NCBI GenBank assembly: GCA_013239625.1 | Contig: MU053304.1 | Span: 558,001 to 622,000 of the forward strand | Length of the DNA: 64,000 nt | Direction: 5' to 3' | Origin: Lama guanicoe | Taxonomy: Eukaryota | Shown here: one piece after another, positions 63,001-64,000 of the stretch | Numbering within the stretch: the stretch's first letter is position 1 | Layout: the number at the start of each line of letters is the position of its first letter | Program-made: the position numbers and the translations under genes | The notes under the pieces: model-generated | Seen by the model: the letters and a program-made list of their open reading frames with translations, nothing else | The model's database searches: none | Told to the model about the DNA's origin: nothing

Positions 63001-63609
63001 GACTCCGTCTAGCTCATGGCTTCAGTTACATGCAGAGCCTTCCAGAGTGATATCTCCAACCCAGCACTTCCTTCTAAATGTCAGCTTGTAAGCCGCTGGA
63101 CCTCTCCATTAGGGTATCCTACAGGCCCTGTCAATGTATGGTGTTCAGGATTGAATTCACCGTTTCCCTAACTTCTAAAGCAGCTCTCCCTTGGTTTTGT
63201 TTATTTTGCTGAATGGTGCCATCATCCACCTAGTTTCTGGCTCAAGTCCAAAACTTGGGAGTCATCTTGTACTCCTATTTTCTCATTTCCCATTTCTATG
63301 TTGCTGCTAAATCCTGTTGCTTATATTACTTAACTAAGCTTTTGAATTTTTCCACTTCTCTAATCCCATTAGTAACAAACATTATTACTCTTGTTGGGAC
63401 CATCATCATCTCTTGCTTGATCTTCTGTGCAAAAGCCCTCTAACTGGTCTCCCTGTGTCTCCATCTATAATCTTTCTGCCTTCAAAACATTCTCCACCCA
63501 AGTGACCAAAAAAAAAACAAAACAAAAACCAAATTAGGTCACATTACTCCCCTGCTTAACAGTCTCCAGTGATTCCCTAAATCATTTATAATAAGACCCA
63601 AACTCTTCT

Positions 63610-64000
63610 TAACAATAAAAAACCCAATTAAAAAATGGACAAAGGACTTGAATAGACATTTCTCCAAAGAAGATGCACCAAATGGCCAATAAGCAAATAA
63701 AAAGATGCTCAGCATCACTAATCATTAGGGAAATACAAATCAAAACTACAAGGAGATACCACCTCACACTCATTAGAATGGCTACTGTAACAACAACAAT
63801 GAAAAAAATAACGTGTTTCTGAGGCTGTGGAGAAATCGGAGACCTGGTACACTGTTGGTGGGAATATAAAATAGTACAACTGCTGTGGAAGACAGTATGG
63901 TGATTATTCAAAAAATAAAAAATAGAATTATCATATGATCCAGTAAATTCACCTCTGGGTATATACCCAAAAGAATGAAAGCATGGTGTCTTAACAGATA
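63610..64000 (+). mobile_element. LINE-1 ORF2 3' fragment running off the window end
   Basis: 'aacccaattaaaaaatggacaaaggacttgaatagacatttctccaaagaagat..aaaagatgctcagcatcactaatcattagggaaat' is canonical L1 ORF2 sequence. Confidence 0.9.

Overview
Mammalian genomic DNA, probably a camelid, judged from the vic-1-type tRNA-derived SINEs and the shared L1 3' ends. It is syntenic with the human 2q37.1 TEX44-NMUR1-(LINC00471)-NCL neighbourhood. Two protein genes look intact: single-exon TEX44 (minus, 2223-3299) and three-exon NMUR1 (plus, join 31522-31524, 33320-34205, 36521-36903; 423 aa). From about 45.9 kb to 60.1 kb lies the most interesting structure. It is a CpG-island-led, intron-containing, diverged duplicate of nucleolin (NCL exons 2-9: acidic N-terminus, NLS, RRM1, RRM2, and a decayed SNORD82 in the intron-5 equivalent). 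No RRM3, RRM4 or RGG exon follows within the window. Instead, its last phase-1 donor is followed by a phase-1 acceptor that opens directly into a full-length Charlie8/GTF2IRD2-type hAT transposase, followed by a polyA signal. This looks like a nucleolin-transposase fusion gene, now disabled in this genome by stops and frameshifts. Smaller findings include a perfect 26-nt inverted copy of the NMUR1 NPxxY codons bracketing the exon-3 splice acceptor, a tandem STAT-site repeat upstream of NMUR1, and an in-frame upstream ATG for NMUR1. Homology calls and repeat-family names come from recalled sequences, not database searches, and repeat boundaries are approximate.
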